Source: Akkermansia sp. (lineage in GTDB: Bacteria; Verrucomicrobiota; Verrucomicrobiia; Limisphaerales; SIBH01). Taken from it: a stretch of 57,344 bases of DNA. The position numbers were made by a program, and so were the translations under genes. The notes below the pieces were generated by a model. The model searched no databases, had not been told where the DNA came from, and saw only the letters and a list, made by a program, of their open reading frames with translations. The stretch is taken from positions 1 to 57,344 of the forward strand of contig JAYVQC010000179.1 in NCBI GenBank assembly GCA_043757045.1, given 5' to 3'. This document shows positions 45,825-54,814 of the stretch, piece after piece. Position 1 is the stretch's first letter; each line of letters begins with the position of its first letter.

Positions 45825-47705
45825 ATGAATCGAGAAGCCATTGACACTTTTTTGGAGCGGGCCGTGCTCGGCCTTGTCCTCATTTTGATCACCTTCGGCA
45901 CGCTGGCCTTTGGCGGCGTGCGCCCGCTGGACGGCGCGGTGCTGGCCTGGCTGGTGCTCGGCGCGCTCGGCCTCTGGCTGGTGCGGCTGTGGCTGGCACC
46001 GAAGTTTCGTTTCCTCTGGCCGCCGGTGTGCTGGGCGGTGCTGGCCTTCCCGGCTTTCGCGCTCTGGCGCTGGCGCACGGCGGATGTGGAATTTCCCGCC
46101 CGGCAGGAGTTCATGATCGTCCTCCTGGTCGCGCTGCTCTTCCTGCTGGTGGTCAACAATCTCTACAGTCAGGAATCCGTGCGCGTCCTCACCCTGTTTC
46201 TCATTTTCCTCGGCACGCTCGTCGCCATGTATGGAATTTTTCAATGGCTCCGTCATTCGGAAACGGTTTGGGGACTGCCCCGGCCTGAAGCGTATCTCGA
46301 GCGCGCTTCCGGCAGTTTCATCTGCCCGAACCATCTGGCCGGGTTCTTGGAAATGCTTCTGCCACTCGCCCTGGCCATGACTGTCATCGGGCGCATGGCT
46401 CCGGCCGCGCGCGTCTGCGCCGGCTACGCCTCGCTCGTGCTGCTCATCGGCCTGGCGGTCACCCAGTCTCGCGGCGGCTGGATCGCCGGGGCGTGCGCAC
46501 TGCTTCTGTTGGTTTGGTGTCTCCTGCGTACGCGCGGGAGCCGTTGGGCGGCGTTGCTTTTGCTGGTCGTCATTGCGGGGACCGGTTGGTGGCTCTACCC
46601 GCGCGCGGTCGAGCAACGCATTGAGCTGGGCCAGTACACCGGCAACAACAAGGACACCCGCCTCCGCCTCTGGGACGCCGCGTGGCGCATGTGGCGGGAT
46701 CATCCGTGGGCGGGCGTGGGACCCGATCACTTCGACCTCCGCTACCGCCAGTATCGCGACGCCACCAACACCGCCCAGGGCCGTCCTGGGCGCACGCACA
46801 ATGATTACCTCAATACGCTGGCCGACTATGGCGCCGTCGGCCTGGCGCTCGCGTTGTTGCCCCTCGGGTTTGCCGCCTGGACGGTCCTGCGCTGCTGGCC
46901 GCATGTGCAGCGGGCCGGCTCGGAGTTCGGCGAGAAGAAAAGCAACCGCGCCGCCATCGTCCTCGGCGCGTCGGCGGGCCTGCTGGGCTTGCTCGTCCAT
47001 TCCTTCCTCGATTTCAACCTGCACATTCCGTCCAACGCCCTTCTCTTCGCCACGCTGCTCGCCGTGGTCATGACACACGCGCGCTTTGCCACCGAGCGTC
47101 ATTGGTGCACCGCGCGCTGGCCGCAGAAAATTCTCGGCACGGTCGCGCTGCTGACCGCGCTCGGCTGGCTCGGGTCGCAAACGCTGATCCGCACGAACGA
47201 AGCCCTGGCTTTGCGCCGCGCCGCGCCGCTGGCCGACGGATCGCCGGAGAAAATCGCCCTGCTAAAAAAAGCCTTTGCTCTGCAGCCACAAAATGCCGAC
47301 ACCGCCTACGCCCTCGGCGAGCAACTGCGCGCCCTCGCCTGGCTGGGCCAGGACGACAACCAGGAGCGCGCCCGGCAGGCGCTCGAATGGTTTCAACGCA
47401 CCGTTGCCCTCAATCGCTGGGATGAGCTGGCGCACATCCGTGCCGGCATGTGCCTCGACTGGCTGGGTCGTCCCGCCGAAGCGCAGCCCCATTTCACCCG
47501 CGCGCTGGAGCTGGACCCGAACCACTGGCATGCCCGCGCCATGATGGGCTGGCATGAATTTCAAAAGGAAAATTACGAGGGCGCGGCGGACTGGTTCAGA
47601 AAATCCCTCATGGTCAACTGGCTGGAAAATCCGCTGGCCTACAGCTACCTCCATTTGAGCGAGAAATTTATCCGCGAGGCGGCGGCGGGCACGAAGCGGT
47701 TTTAA
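45825..47705 (+). CDS. O-antigen-ligase-family membrane protein with C-terminal TPRs
   Basis: RASGSF..PNHLAG.LE, QSRGG, R..LW..A..M..DHPW.GVG, HNDYL..LA.YG, then TPR helices. Confidence 0.87.
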   Translation: MNREAIDTFLERAVLGLVLILITFGTLAFGGVRPLDGAVLAWLVLGALGLWLVRLWLAPKFRFLWPPVCWAVLAFPAFALWRWRTADVEFPARQEFMIVLLVALLFLLVVNNLYSQESVRVLTLFLIFLGTLVAMYGIFQWLRHSETVWGLPRPEAYLERASGSFICPNHLAGFLEMLLPLALAMTVIGRMAPAARVCAGYASLVLLIGLAVTQSRGGWIAGACALLLLVWCLLRTRGSRWAALLLLVVIAGTGWWLYPRAVEQRIELGQYTGNNKDTRLRLWDAAWRMWRDHPWAGVGPDHFDLRYRQYRDATNTAQGRPGRTHNDYLNTLADYGAVGLALALLPLGFAAWTVLRCWPHVQRAGSEFGEKKSNRAAIVLGASAGLLGLLVHSFLDFNLHIPSNALLFATLLAVVMTHARFATERHWCTARWPQKILGTVALLTALGWLGSQTLIRTNEALALRRAAPLADGSPEKIALLKKAFALQPQNADTAYALGEQLRALAWLGQDDNQERARQALEWFQRTVALNRWDELAHIRAGMCLDWLGRPAEAQPHFTRALELDPNHWHARAMMGWHEFQKENYEGAADWFRKSLMVNWLENPLAYSYLHLSEKFIREAAAGTKRF

Positions 47706-47735
47706 TTCCAGACGGATGACGAAATGTCCGGCGTG

Positions 47736-49262
47736 CTACTTGGCACCCGCTGCTGGTTTCTCCGGCTTGGTCGTCACGAAACTTTTTCCATCCCGGTGAC
47801 ACAAAATCTGAACAACATGCCGGCCTGAATACAGCACCGGCGGCACGCCGCCGCCGGGCATGATCCACTGGCCGGCCATGTAGAAATTCTCCAGCCCCGG
47901 CAGTGTCTTCGGCAGCAGCGTGCGGAGCGCTTTCGGCGTCGGCACCCAGCCCATGAACGCGCCCTTGTGATTGAGCGTGTAGCGCCACGTCGTGTAGGGC
48001 GTAGCCATGTCGGTGAGTTCCACTTGCGCCGAGACTCCTGGAAAGTGCGGTTCGAGACGTTCGAGCGCCTCGGCGATGACGCGCTTTTTTTCCACCTCGT
48101 AGCGCGGGCGGTCTTGCAACAGCTCCTCCCAAAATTCCCAGTCCGAGTGCAGCAGCACTTGCACAATGGTTTTGCCGGGCGGAGAAAATTTGTCGCTGTA
48201 ATTGAAAATGCGGACGGGAAAACCCTGGATGGTCACGTTGCCAATCGTCATCGGCTTTTTCAGCAACAGAAAACGCAACGGCTCGACGCCGGGAAACTCG
48301 CGCCCGACCACGAAGCTGATCGTCACGATGGGGACGAGGTGTTTCCAGTTCGCGTAACAGTCGCGCAGCTTCGGGCTGGTGAATTTGTCGCCGAGCAGCT
48401 TGAACAGCGTGCGGTGGCCGTCGCCCGCCGCGACCACCACGTCGGCGCGCTGCTCCGTGCCGTCGGCGAGCCGCACGCCCACGGCGCGGTTTTGCTCCAC
48501 GATGATTTCCTGCACCGTGGCGTTGAACGTGATCTCGCCGCCGAGCGCGCGGTAGCGCTCCTCGATGCTCGCCACGAAATCCGAGCAACTGCCCGCGAGC
48601 AGGCCCATCTGCCGGTTCGCCATCAGCGACATGATGAGCATCACGAACCACACCGGCACCTCGGGCAGAAAGAGATTCACCAACATGCGGCGCAGGTTGT
48701 CGTTCTTCAGGCGGCGCACGAAAACTTCCGTCGGTTCGTTCAGCGGCCCGCCGAAATACGGCAGCACGCGGCGCAGTTGCCACGCCTGTTTCAGCAAGCC
48801 AGTCACGCCCAGCAACTCCGGCGGCAACTCCAGCGTCCCGAAAATATCCGTGCGCTGAAACGCCCGCGCCCCGCGCACGAATTGATCAATGAAGCGCGCG
48901 TCCTCCGGCGCGATGGCTTTCAACTCGCGCGCCAGCTTTTCCAAGTCGCCGCTGAAGCTGACCTGATGCCCGTTAATTTCATCCGAGAAGTGGACGAAGG
49001 TTTTGAGATCGGGAAAGTGGCGGCCGTGCATCAGCCCCAGCTCACGATAAATTTCGTGGCACGCGAGCCCGGGCCGGTGGCCCATGAGGTAGTGAATGCC
49101 GCCATCGATCAGGTAGCCGCGATTCTTCCACGCCTTCGCGACGCCGCCCGGTTCGCTGTGATGCTCCACAATGCGCGTGCGATAGCCGTTCATCCGGCCA
49201 TAGCAACCCGTTGCCAGCCCGGCCAGCCCCGCTCCGATGATGATGATGGATTTTTCAGCCAT
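47736..49262 (-). CDS. phytoene-dehydrogenase-like FAD oxidoreductase (COG1233)
   Basis: IIIIGAGLAGL, E....PGG, ATP.T..RYT....G, L.NFYMAGQW..PGGG.P....SG. Start ATG 49262. Confidence 0.88.
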   Translation of the reverse strand: MAEKSIIIIGAGLAGLATGCYGRMNGYRTRIVEHHSEPGGVAKAWKNRGYLIDGGIHYLMGHRPGLACHEIYRELGLMHGRHFPDLKTFVHFSDEINGHQVSFSGDLEKLARELKAIAPEDARFIDQFVRGARAFQRTDIFGTLELPPELLGVTGLLKQAWQLRRVLPYFGGPLNEPTEVFVRRLKNDNLRRMLVNLFLPEVPVWFVMLIMSLMANRQMGLLAGSCSDFVASIEERYRALGGEITFNATVQEIIVEQNRAVGVRLADGTEQRADVVVAAGDGHRTLFKLLGDKFTSPKLRDCYANWKHLVPIVTISFVVGREFPGVEPLRFLLLKKPMTIGNVTIQGFPVRIFNYSDKFSPPGKTIVQVLLHSDWEFWEELLQDRPRYEVEKKRVIAEALERLEPHFPGVSAQVELTDMATPYTTWRYTLNHKGAFMGWVPTPKALRTLLPKTLPGLENFYMAGQWIMPGGGVPPVLYSGRHVVQILCHRDGKSFVTTKPEKPAAGAK

Positions 49263-49282
49263 GTGCGTGCGTGGAAAAAAGC

Positions 49283-49393
49283 TAGTGGGACCGGCGCCCC
49301 CGCCGGTCGCTAGTCCGACAATCGCCCCCGCTTGTCGAACTGCAAGCGGGGGCGCTTGCAGGACTATGACAGCCGAGGGCGGCTGTCCCACTA
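49283..49393. repeat. REPIN-like element, family A copy 3
   Basis: TAGTGGGAC...GTCCCACTA with four internal hairpins, in the divergent intergenic region. Confidence 0.88.
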
Positions 49394-49496
49394 TGCAGAG
49401 GAGCGGCGCGCGTCACGATTTTATGCGCGTCAGCAAACGGGCTGGCACTTGCTTGTTCAAGCCGCGAGTTGTAGAAAGCCGCTCCCTTTTCGCTCG

Positions 49497-51080
49497 ATGA
49501 TTGCACTGGATGGTCACCATCTCTCCATCGCCGACGCCTGGCACATTGCCGCGCGTCAATCACCCTGCGCCCTCGCCGATTCCGCGCGGCCCCTGATCCG
49601 CCGCAGCCGTGAACTGGTCGAAAAAATCGCCGCGCAGCCGCGCGCCGTTTACGGCATCAACACCGGCTTCGGCCCGCTCAGCGGCTTTCGCATCTCGAAC
49701 GAGGATTTGGGCCAGCACCAAATCAATCTTCTTCACCACCTCACCGTGGGACAGGGGCCGCTGTTCTCGCCGGCGGAAACGCGCGCCATCATGCTCACGC
49801 GTGCGAACGCCCTCGCGCGCGGTTACTCGGGCATTCGCGAGGAGTTGATCGAGCTGCTGCTGGCCGCGTTGAACAAAGGCGTGCTGCCGGAAATTCCCAG
49901 CGAAGGTTCCGTCGGCGCGAGCGGTGATCTCGTGCCGCTGGCGCACATGGCCGGATTGCTCGTCGGCTTTGGTCACGCGTGGTTGAACGGCGAACGGTTG
50001 CCCGCGACCGAAGCGTTGCGCCGCGTGGGACTTACGCCCGTCGTGCTGCAATGCAAAGAAGGGCTCGCGCTCGTCAACGGCACGTCTGTGATGACCGGTC
50101 TCGCCGCGCTCTCCACGCACGAGGCGGAGAAGCAACTGCACTGGCTGGAGCTGCTCACGGCCTGTCTCTTCCAGGTGCTCGGCGGCGAGCCGGAAGTCTT
50201 GTGCCAGCAGATTCATAAGGCGCGGGGCTTTCGCGGTCAGGCTCTTGTCGCGCGGCGCATCAGTGATTCGCTCCGCACGCATCCTGATTTCGCCCGCCGC
50301 ATTGATGACCATCAGTGGGGTTCCACGCACAAGCCCGTGGACCCCGGCGCGGAGATTCAAGACCCCTACTCGCTGCGCTGCACGCCGCAGATTCTCGGCG
50401 CGTTTCAAGAGGCGCACTGGCACATCGCGGAAGTCGTCACGCGCGAACTCAACGCCAGCACGGACAACCCGCTCATCTTCGCCGACACGGAAATGGTTCT
50501 GCACGGCGGCAATTTCTACGGCCAGCAAATCGCGATGGTCAGCGACTACCAGCGCTTTGGTTTGATCAAACTGGCGCTGCTCGCCGAGCGGCAAATCGAG
50601 CGGCTCGTGAACTGGCGTTACAGCCGTGGCCTGCCGCCGATGCTCGCGGGCGGCGCGCCGGGATTGAACTCCGGTTTCTCCGGCGCGCAACTGCTCGCCA
50701 CGTCGCTCGCCGCCGACGCGCGCTTGCTCGGCACCGCCGCCTCCATCCAGACCATTTCCACCAACGCCAACAATCAGGACGTGGTCAGCATGGGCTGCAC
50801 GGCGGCGAAGATGACGCGCACCTGCCTGCCGCTCGTCTGGAAAATTCTGGCGATTGAAGCGATCACCGTTGTGCAGGCGGCGGACCAGCGCGGCGCGGAA
50901 AAAACTTTGGGCGGCGATTTCCGCAAGCTCTACGAACTCGTGCGCGGCGTGTCGCCGGTGCTTGGAGCGGATCGTCCGCTCGCCGAGGACATCGCGCGCG
51001 TGACCGCGCTGCTGCAAACCGAGGAGGCCCAGCGCCACTGCCTGGCAACGGCTGGCGGAGATGATGGAGAGCGAGACTGA
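49497..51080 (+). CDS. MIO-dependent aromatic amino acid ammonia-lyase, tyrosine-ammonia-lyase-like
   Basis: YGINTGFG, GSVGASGDLVPLAH, KEGLALVNGT, QDPYSLRC, DNP, HGGNF, NQDVVSMG. Selectivity segment reads NLLHHL. Confidence 0.9.
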   Translation: MIALDGHHLSIADAWHIAARQSPCALADSARPLIRRSRELVEKIAAQPRAVYGINTGFGPLSGFRISNEDLGQHQINLLHHLTVGQGPLFSPAETRAIMLTRANALARGYSGIREELIELLLAALNKGVLPEIPSEGSVGASGDLVPLAHMAGLLVGFGHAWLNGERLPATEALRRVGLTPVVLQCKEGLALVNGTSVMTGLAALSTHEAEKQLHWLELLTACLFQVLGGEPEVLCQQIHKARGFRGQALVARRISDSLRTHPDFARRIDDHQWGSTHKPVDPGAEIQDPYSLRCTPQILGAFQEAHWHIAEVVTRELNASTDNPLIFADTEMVLHGGNFYGQQIAMVSDYQRFGLIKLALLAERQIERLVNWRYSRGLPPMLAGGAPGLNSGFSGAQLLATSLAADARLLGTAASIQTISTNANNQDVVSMGCTAAKMTRTCLPLVWKILAIEAITVVQAADQRGAEKTLGGDFRKLYELVRGVSPVLGADRPLAEDIARVTALLQTEEAQRHCLATAGGDDGERD

Positions 51081-51121
51081 TGAAACTCGTGCAACACAGC
51101 GAAGGCGCGCGGCTGCGCCGC

Positions 51122-51279
51122 GGGTGGCACGGGCAACCTGCCCGTGCCGCCGGGCTACCAGCCCGGCGGAAGGGTGAGGGCATCGCACGTCAGGCAGGCC
51201 GGACTTCAGGCGAGGGCGGCTCACCTTCATTCCGCTGGGCAGGTTGCCCAGCGGGACGGGCTGGTAGCCCGTTCCACCC
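51122..51279. repeat. REPIN-like element, family G
   Basis: GGGTGGCACGGGCAACCTGCCCGT...ACGGGCTGGTAGCCCGTTCCACCC, with double hairpins in each arm. Confidence 0.85.
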
Positions 51280-51357
51280 ATTGCGCGGGGAAGCTTTCAA
51301 ACTTGTCCCTGGTCGTTGCAGATTCCAGTGATTCAGATGTTAGACCACACAACGCGC

Positions 51358-51828
51358 ATGGAGTTACTTGCCACCAGAGACGAGAAGCAGATTTGGTTTC
51401 ACGAGCTTTCGCGACCGTACCGGCTTGATGCTCCTTTTCCGGGGGAGCTTTACGTCTGCATTCTTTTCGCGAACGACGAGACCATCACGAAGGAGGAGCA
51501 GGCAGCGGTGAGCGAGCAGTTAGTTCGCACCGGTTGTCGTTACGCCGTCTGTGCAGGCCACAACTGTTCTAGCTGGGACGATGCAGTGGACTTTGCTTAT
51601 CTTTCCACCGACGAGCATTTCTCTCCGCCAGACGAGACTTTTGTGATGACTTCGTGGCACGACGGCGACTCGGTTGAGGATGTTATCTTTCACGGCTTGA
51701 TGTGCACGATGTTTGGTGACCATGAGTTCACCCGTTATCTCGTTCTCTTCATTGGCCCACGCGCCGGTTTGTGTGACGAGGTCAGGAGAGGCATTCAGGA
51801 GGTTTGGCATGACAGCCGTGTGGCTTAA
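51358..51828 (+). CDS. hypothetical protein, possibly derived from an integron cassette
   Basis: AT-richer codon usage. GC.Y..C.G..C..W.D.VD motif. Alternative ATG at 51337. Confidence 0.7.
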   Translation: MELLATRDEKQIWFHELSRPYRLDAPFPGELYVCILFANDETITKEEQAAVSEQLVRTGCRYAVCAGHNCSSWDDAVDFAYLSTDEHFSPPDETFVMTSWHDGDSVEDVIFHGLMCTMFGDHEFTRYLVLFIGPRAGLCDEVRRGIQEVWHDSRVA

Positions 51829-51901
51829 CCATGCGCACGCGCCACCGACTTATCGCGTACGTGAAACGACCTGACCATGCGCGAGACTTGGAAGCATCAG
51901 T

Positions 51902-53155
51902 ATGAAGACTGACGTGGATGTTCTGATCATCGGTGCCGGCCCGGCTGGAGCGAGCGCGGCGTCGCTGTTGCACAAACAGGGCTTCCGCCTGCTCGTCACG
52001 GAGAAGCAGCACTTCCCGCGCTTCGTGATCGGCGAGAGCCTGCTGCCGCACTGCATGGATTTGTTGCAGGAGGCTGAACTGCTCGAAGCCGTGGAGCAGA
52101 AAAATTTCATCCACAAGAACGGCGCGGTCTTCAAACGCGGCGACGGGACGTGCAACTTTGATTTCTCCGCGCAATTCACCGCCGGCTGGAAATACACCTT
52201 CCAGGTGCCGCGCGCGGACTTCGACAAAACTCTCGCGGACACGGTCGCGGCGCGCGGCGTGGAATTCCGCTACGGCACTGGCGTGCAAGCGGTGAACTTC
52301 GCGGACTCGCACGCCACGGTGACGCTGGAGGACGAGAGCGGCGTGCGGCGTGACGTGACGGCGAAGTTCGTCCTCGATTGCAGCGGCTACGGTCGCGTGC
52401 TGCCGCGTCTGCTGAACCTCGAACGTCCGTCGCGCTTTCCCGTGCGCGAGGCGCTCTTCACGCACGTCACCGGCGACCACCGGCCCGAAGGTCGCGAGGA
52501 GGGAAAAATCTGGGCGTGCATTCATCCCGACGGCGCGTGGCTGTGGATCATTCCGTTCTCGAACGGCAAGACCAGCGTGGGCGCAGTGGCGTCGCCGGAA
52601 TTTTTTGCGAAATATCCTTCTGACCCTGAGCAGCGATTGCGCGCCATCATCGCATCTGATCCGAATGCCGGGCCGCGTCTCGCGAACGTGCAGTTCACCT
52701 TCGCGCCGCAGCGCATCGCCGGTTACGCCTGTGCGGTCGAGCGGCTGCACGGCCCGCGTTTTGCGCTGGCGGGGAACGCCACGGAATTTCTTGATCCCAT
52801 CTTCAGTTCCGGCGTCACGCTGGCGCTGGCCTCGGCGAATCGCGCCGCGAAAGTCATCACCCGCGAATTGCGCGGCGAGACCGTGGACTGGCAGGCCGAC
52901 TACGCTGACCACGTCATGCAGGGCATCAACACCTTCCGCGCCTACGTCACCGCGTGGTATGAAGGCACGTTGCACGAAATCTTTTTTGCCGCCGGCTCGA
53001 ATCCCGGCGTGATGCAGCAGATTTGCTCGGTGCTCGCGGGCTACGTGTGGGACAAGTCGAACCCGTATGTCGCGCAACCGGAACGCGCGCTGCCGCTGCT
53101 CGCGCGCATCGTGACCAGCCAGGCGAAGGCGAATGCCACGACGGTCGCAGCGTGA
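51902..53155 (+). CDS. flavin-dependent halogenase-like oxidoreductase
   Basis: IIGAGPAG, FPRF.IGESL, HKNG (candidate catalytic Lys), WLWIIP, F.DP.FSSG. Confidence 0.87.
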   Translation: MKTDVDVLIIGAGPAGASAASLLHKQGFRLLVTEKQHFPRFVIGESLLPHCMDLLQEAELLEAVEQKNFIHKNGAVFKRGDGTCNFDFSAQFTAGWKYTFQVPRADFDKTLADTVAARGVEFRYGTGVQAVNFADSHATVTLEDESGVRRDVTAKFVLDCSGYGRVLPRLLNLERPSRFPVREALFTHVTGDHRPEGREEGKIWACIHPDGAWLWIIPFSNGKTSVGAVASPEFFAKYPSDPEQRLRAIIASDPNAGPRLANVQFTFAPQRIAGYACAVERLHGPRFALAGNATEFLDPIFSSGVTLALASANRAAKVITRELRGETVDWQADYADHVMQGINTFRAYVTAWYEGTLHEIFFAAGSNPGVMQQICSVLAGYVWDKSNPYVAQPERALPLLARIVTSQAKANATTVAA

Positions 53156-53214
53156 AATTCTTTTTCCGGGTGAGTGCTGAAATTTATTTCGATTCGGACG
53201 TGAGGGACGCCGCC

Positions 53215-53351
53215 TTCCCCTCACCCCGGCCCTCTCCCCAGAGGAGAGGGAGAGCGGCATGTAGCCTTCAGCCATCCGAACGCGCTCGTCGTCGCTCAAC
53301 GCTGGCTGACTTTCTCCCTCTCCCCGAGGGAGAGGGCCGGGGTGAGGGGAA
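53215..53351. repeat. REPIN-like element, family C copy 2
   Basis: TTCCCCTCACCCCGGCCCTCTCCCC...GAGAGGGCCGGGGTGAGGGGAA. Confidence 0.9.
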
Positions 53352-53438
53352 ACGCGCGCTCCTTCCGCCGCAGACATCAGAATTCCTTCGCTCCACCACT
53401 CCATTTCTCCATCACTCCAACACTCCGCCCCCACACCC

Positions 53439-54506
53439 GTGAACTTCTTCCAACAAGATTCCAAGTCCGCCTTCGACGCGAAGTCCGAGGCGCAGCGCAT
53501 CGCGTATGCGCCGGTGGCGTTCCAGGCCTGCCGCGTGTTGCGCACCGAGGGCATTCTCGAAGCCGTGCAGAAAAGCGGCTCGACCGGCATCACGCTCGCG
53601 GAAGTGGTCGCGAAGGTCAGCCTGCCGCGCTACGGCGTGAAGGTGCTGATGGAAGCCGGGCTGGGCATCGGACTCTTCTGCATCAATGAAGGCCGCTACA
53701 CGATCACCAAGCTCGGCTACTTCCTGCTGCGCGACCCGATGACGCGCATCAACATGGATGTGGTGCATGATGTCTTCTATCGCGGCTTCTTCGACCTCGA
53801 CCGGGCGGTGCGCGAAGGGAAACCGAGCGGCCTGAAATCGCTCGGCGACTGGCCGACGATTTACGAGGGGCTTTCCTCGCTCGAACCGCGCGCCCGCGAA
53901 AGCTGGCTGGCGTGGGACCATTACTACTCCGACCAGGCGTTTCCCGCCGCGCTGCCCATGGTCTTCGCGGATGGCCCGAAGCGCCTGCTCGACGTCGGCG
54001 GCAACACCGGCAAGTTCGCCATCCAATGCGCGAAGCACAACGCGGACGTGCGCATCACCATCGCGGACCTCGACAAGCAGCTCGCGCTCGCGAGGACGAA
54101 CCTCGAGCAGCACGGCGTGGCGGATCGCGTGGACCTGCATCCGGTGAATCTCCTCGACGAATCCGCCGCGCTGCCCGGCGGCCACGATGCGATCTGGATG
54201 AGCCAGTTCCTCGATTGCTTCTCCGAGCAGCAGATCGTTTCCATCCTGCGCCGCGCCGCCGCCGCGATGTCAGCGGACAGTTCGCTCTACATTCTCGAAC
54301 TGCTCTGGGACCGGCAGCCGAACGAGACAGCGGCGTTCTGTCTCCAGCAGATTTCGCTCTACTTCACCTGCCTCGCGAACGGCAACAGCCAGATGTATCA
54401 CTCGGACGACTTGCTGCGCTGCATCGCCGAGGCCGGATTGAAGGTCGTGGAGGAACGCGACCAAGTGGGCCTCTACCACACGCTGCTCAAGTGCCGGAAG
54501 GCGTGA
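53439..54506 (+). CDS. SAM-dependent methyltransferase (Methyltransf_2, small-molecule O/C-methyltransferase)
   Basis: N-terminal dimerisation wHTH, LLDVGGNTG, IWMSQFLDCFS. Confidence 0.88.
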   Translation: MNFFQQDSKSAFDAKSEAQRIAYAPVAFQACRVLRTEGILEAVQKSGSTGITLAEVVAKVSLPRYGVKVLMEAGLGIGLFCINEGRYTITKLGYFLLRDPMTRINMDVVHDVFYRGFFDLDRAVREGKPSGLKSLGDWPTIYEGLSSLEPRARESWLAWDHYYSDQAFPAALPMVFADGPKRLLDVGGNTGKFAIQCAKHNADVRITIADLDKQLALARTNLEQHGVADRVDLHPVNLLDESAALPGGHDAIWMSQFLDCFSEQQIVSILRRAAAAMSADSSLYILELLWDRQPNETAAFCLQQISLYFTCLANGNSQMYHSDDLLRCIAEAGLKVVEERDQVGLYHTLLKCRKA

Positions 54507-54522
54507 GCGGGGGAAAAATTTT

Positions 54523-54803
54523 AACCACGGAAGACACGGAAAACACGGAAGGGGAAAGAATGGAACGGTGCGGGTAGGGCGCGTCGCTCCGCGCGCGCCG
54601 GGCGTGACTCAACCCTGCGCTCACGAATTCAAGTCCAGGAATTAGCCCCTTGGTGCCGGTCAAATGAGAGGTTTGGGGATGCGCTTTTCCGCTTCACGGC
54701 GCGCGCGGAGCGCGTCGCCCTACCCGCACGGTCGAATGGAAAACTGCCTGAGATGATCAGGCTCCTTCGTTCCGGTTCCGTGTTTTCGGTGTCTTCCGTG
54801 GTT
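54523..54803. repeat. nested palindromes: outer family H enclosing inner GTAG-type family I (54568..54729)
   Basis: Outer arms AACCACGGAAGACACGGAAAACACGGAA at 54523-50 and 54776-803 (27/28 match). Inner arms GTGCGGGTAGGGCG...CGCCCTACCCGCAC. Confidence 0.88.
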
Positions 54804-54814
54804 GAGAAATCTTT

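Noticed and set aside
49497-51080. Histidine ammonia-lyase (hutH) or a photoactive-yellow-protein pathway
   Set aside because: The selectivity residues are HL rather than SH and no hut genes are present. No pyp gene is visible, and the CoA ligase ~16 kb away looks FadD-like.
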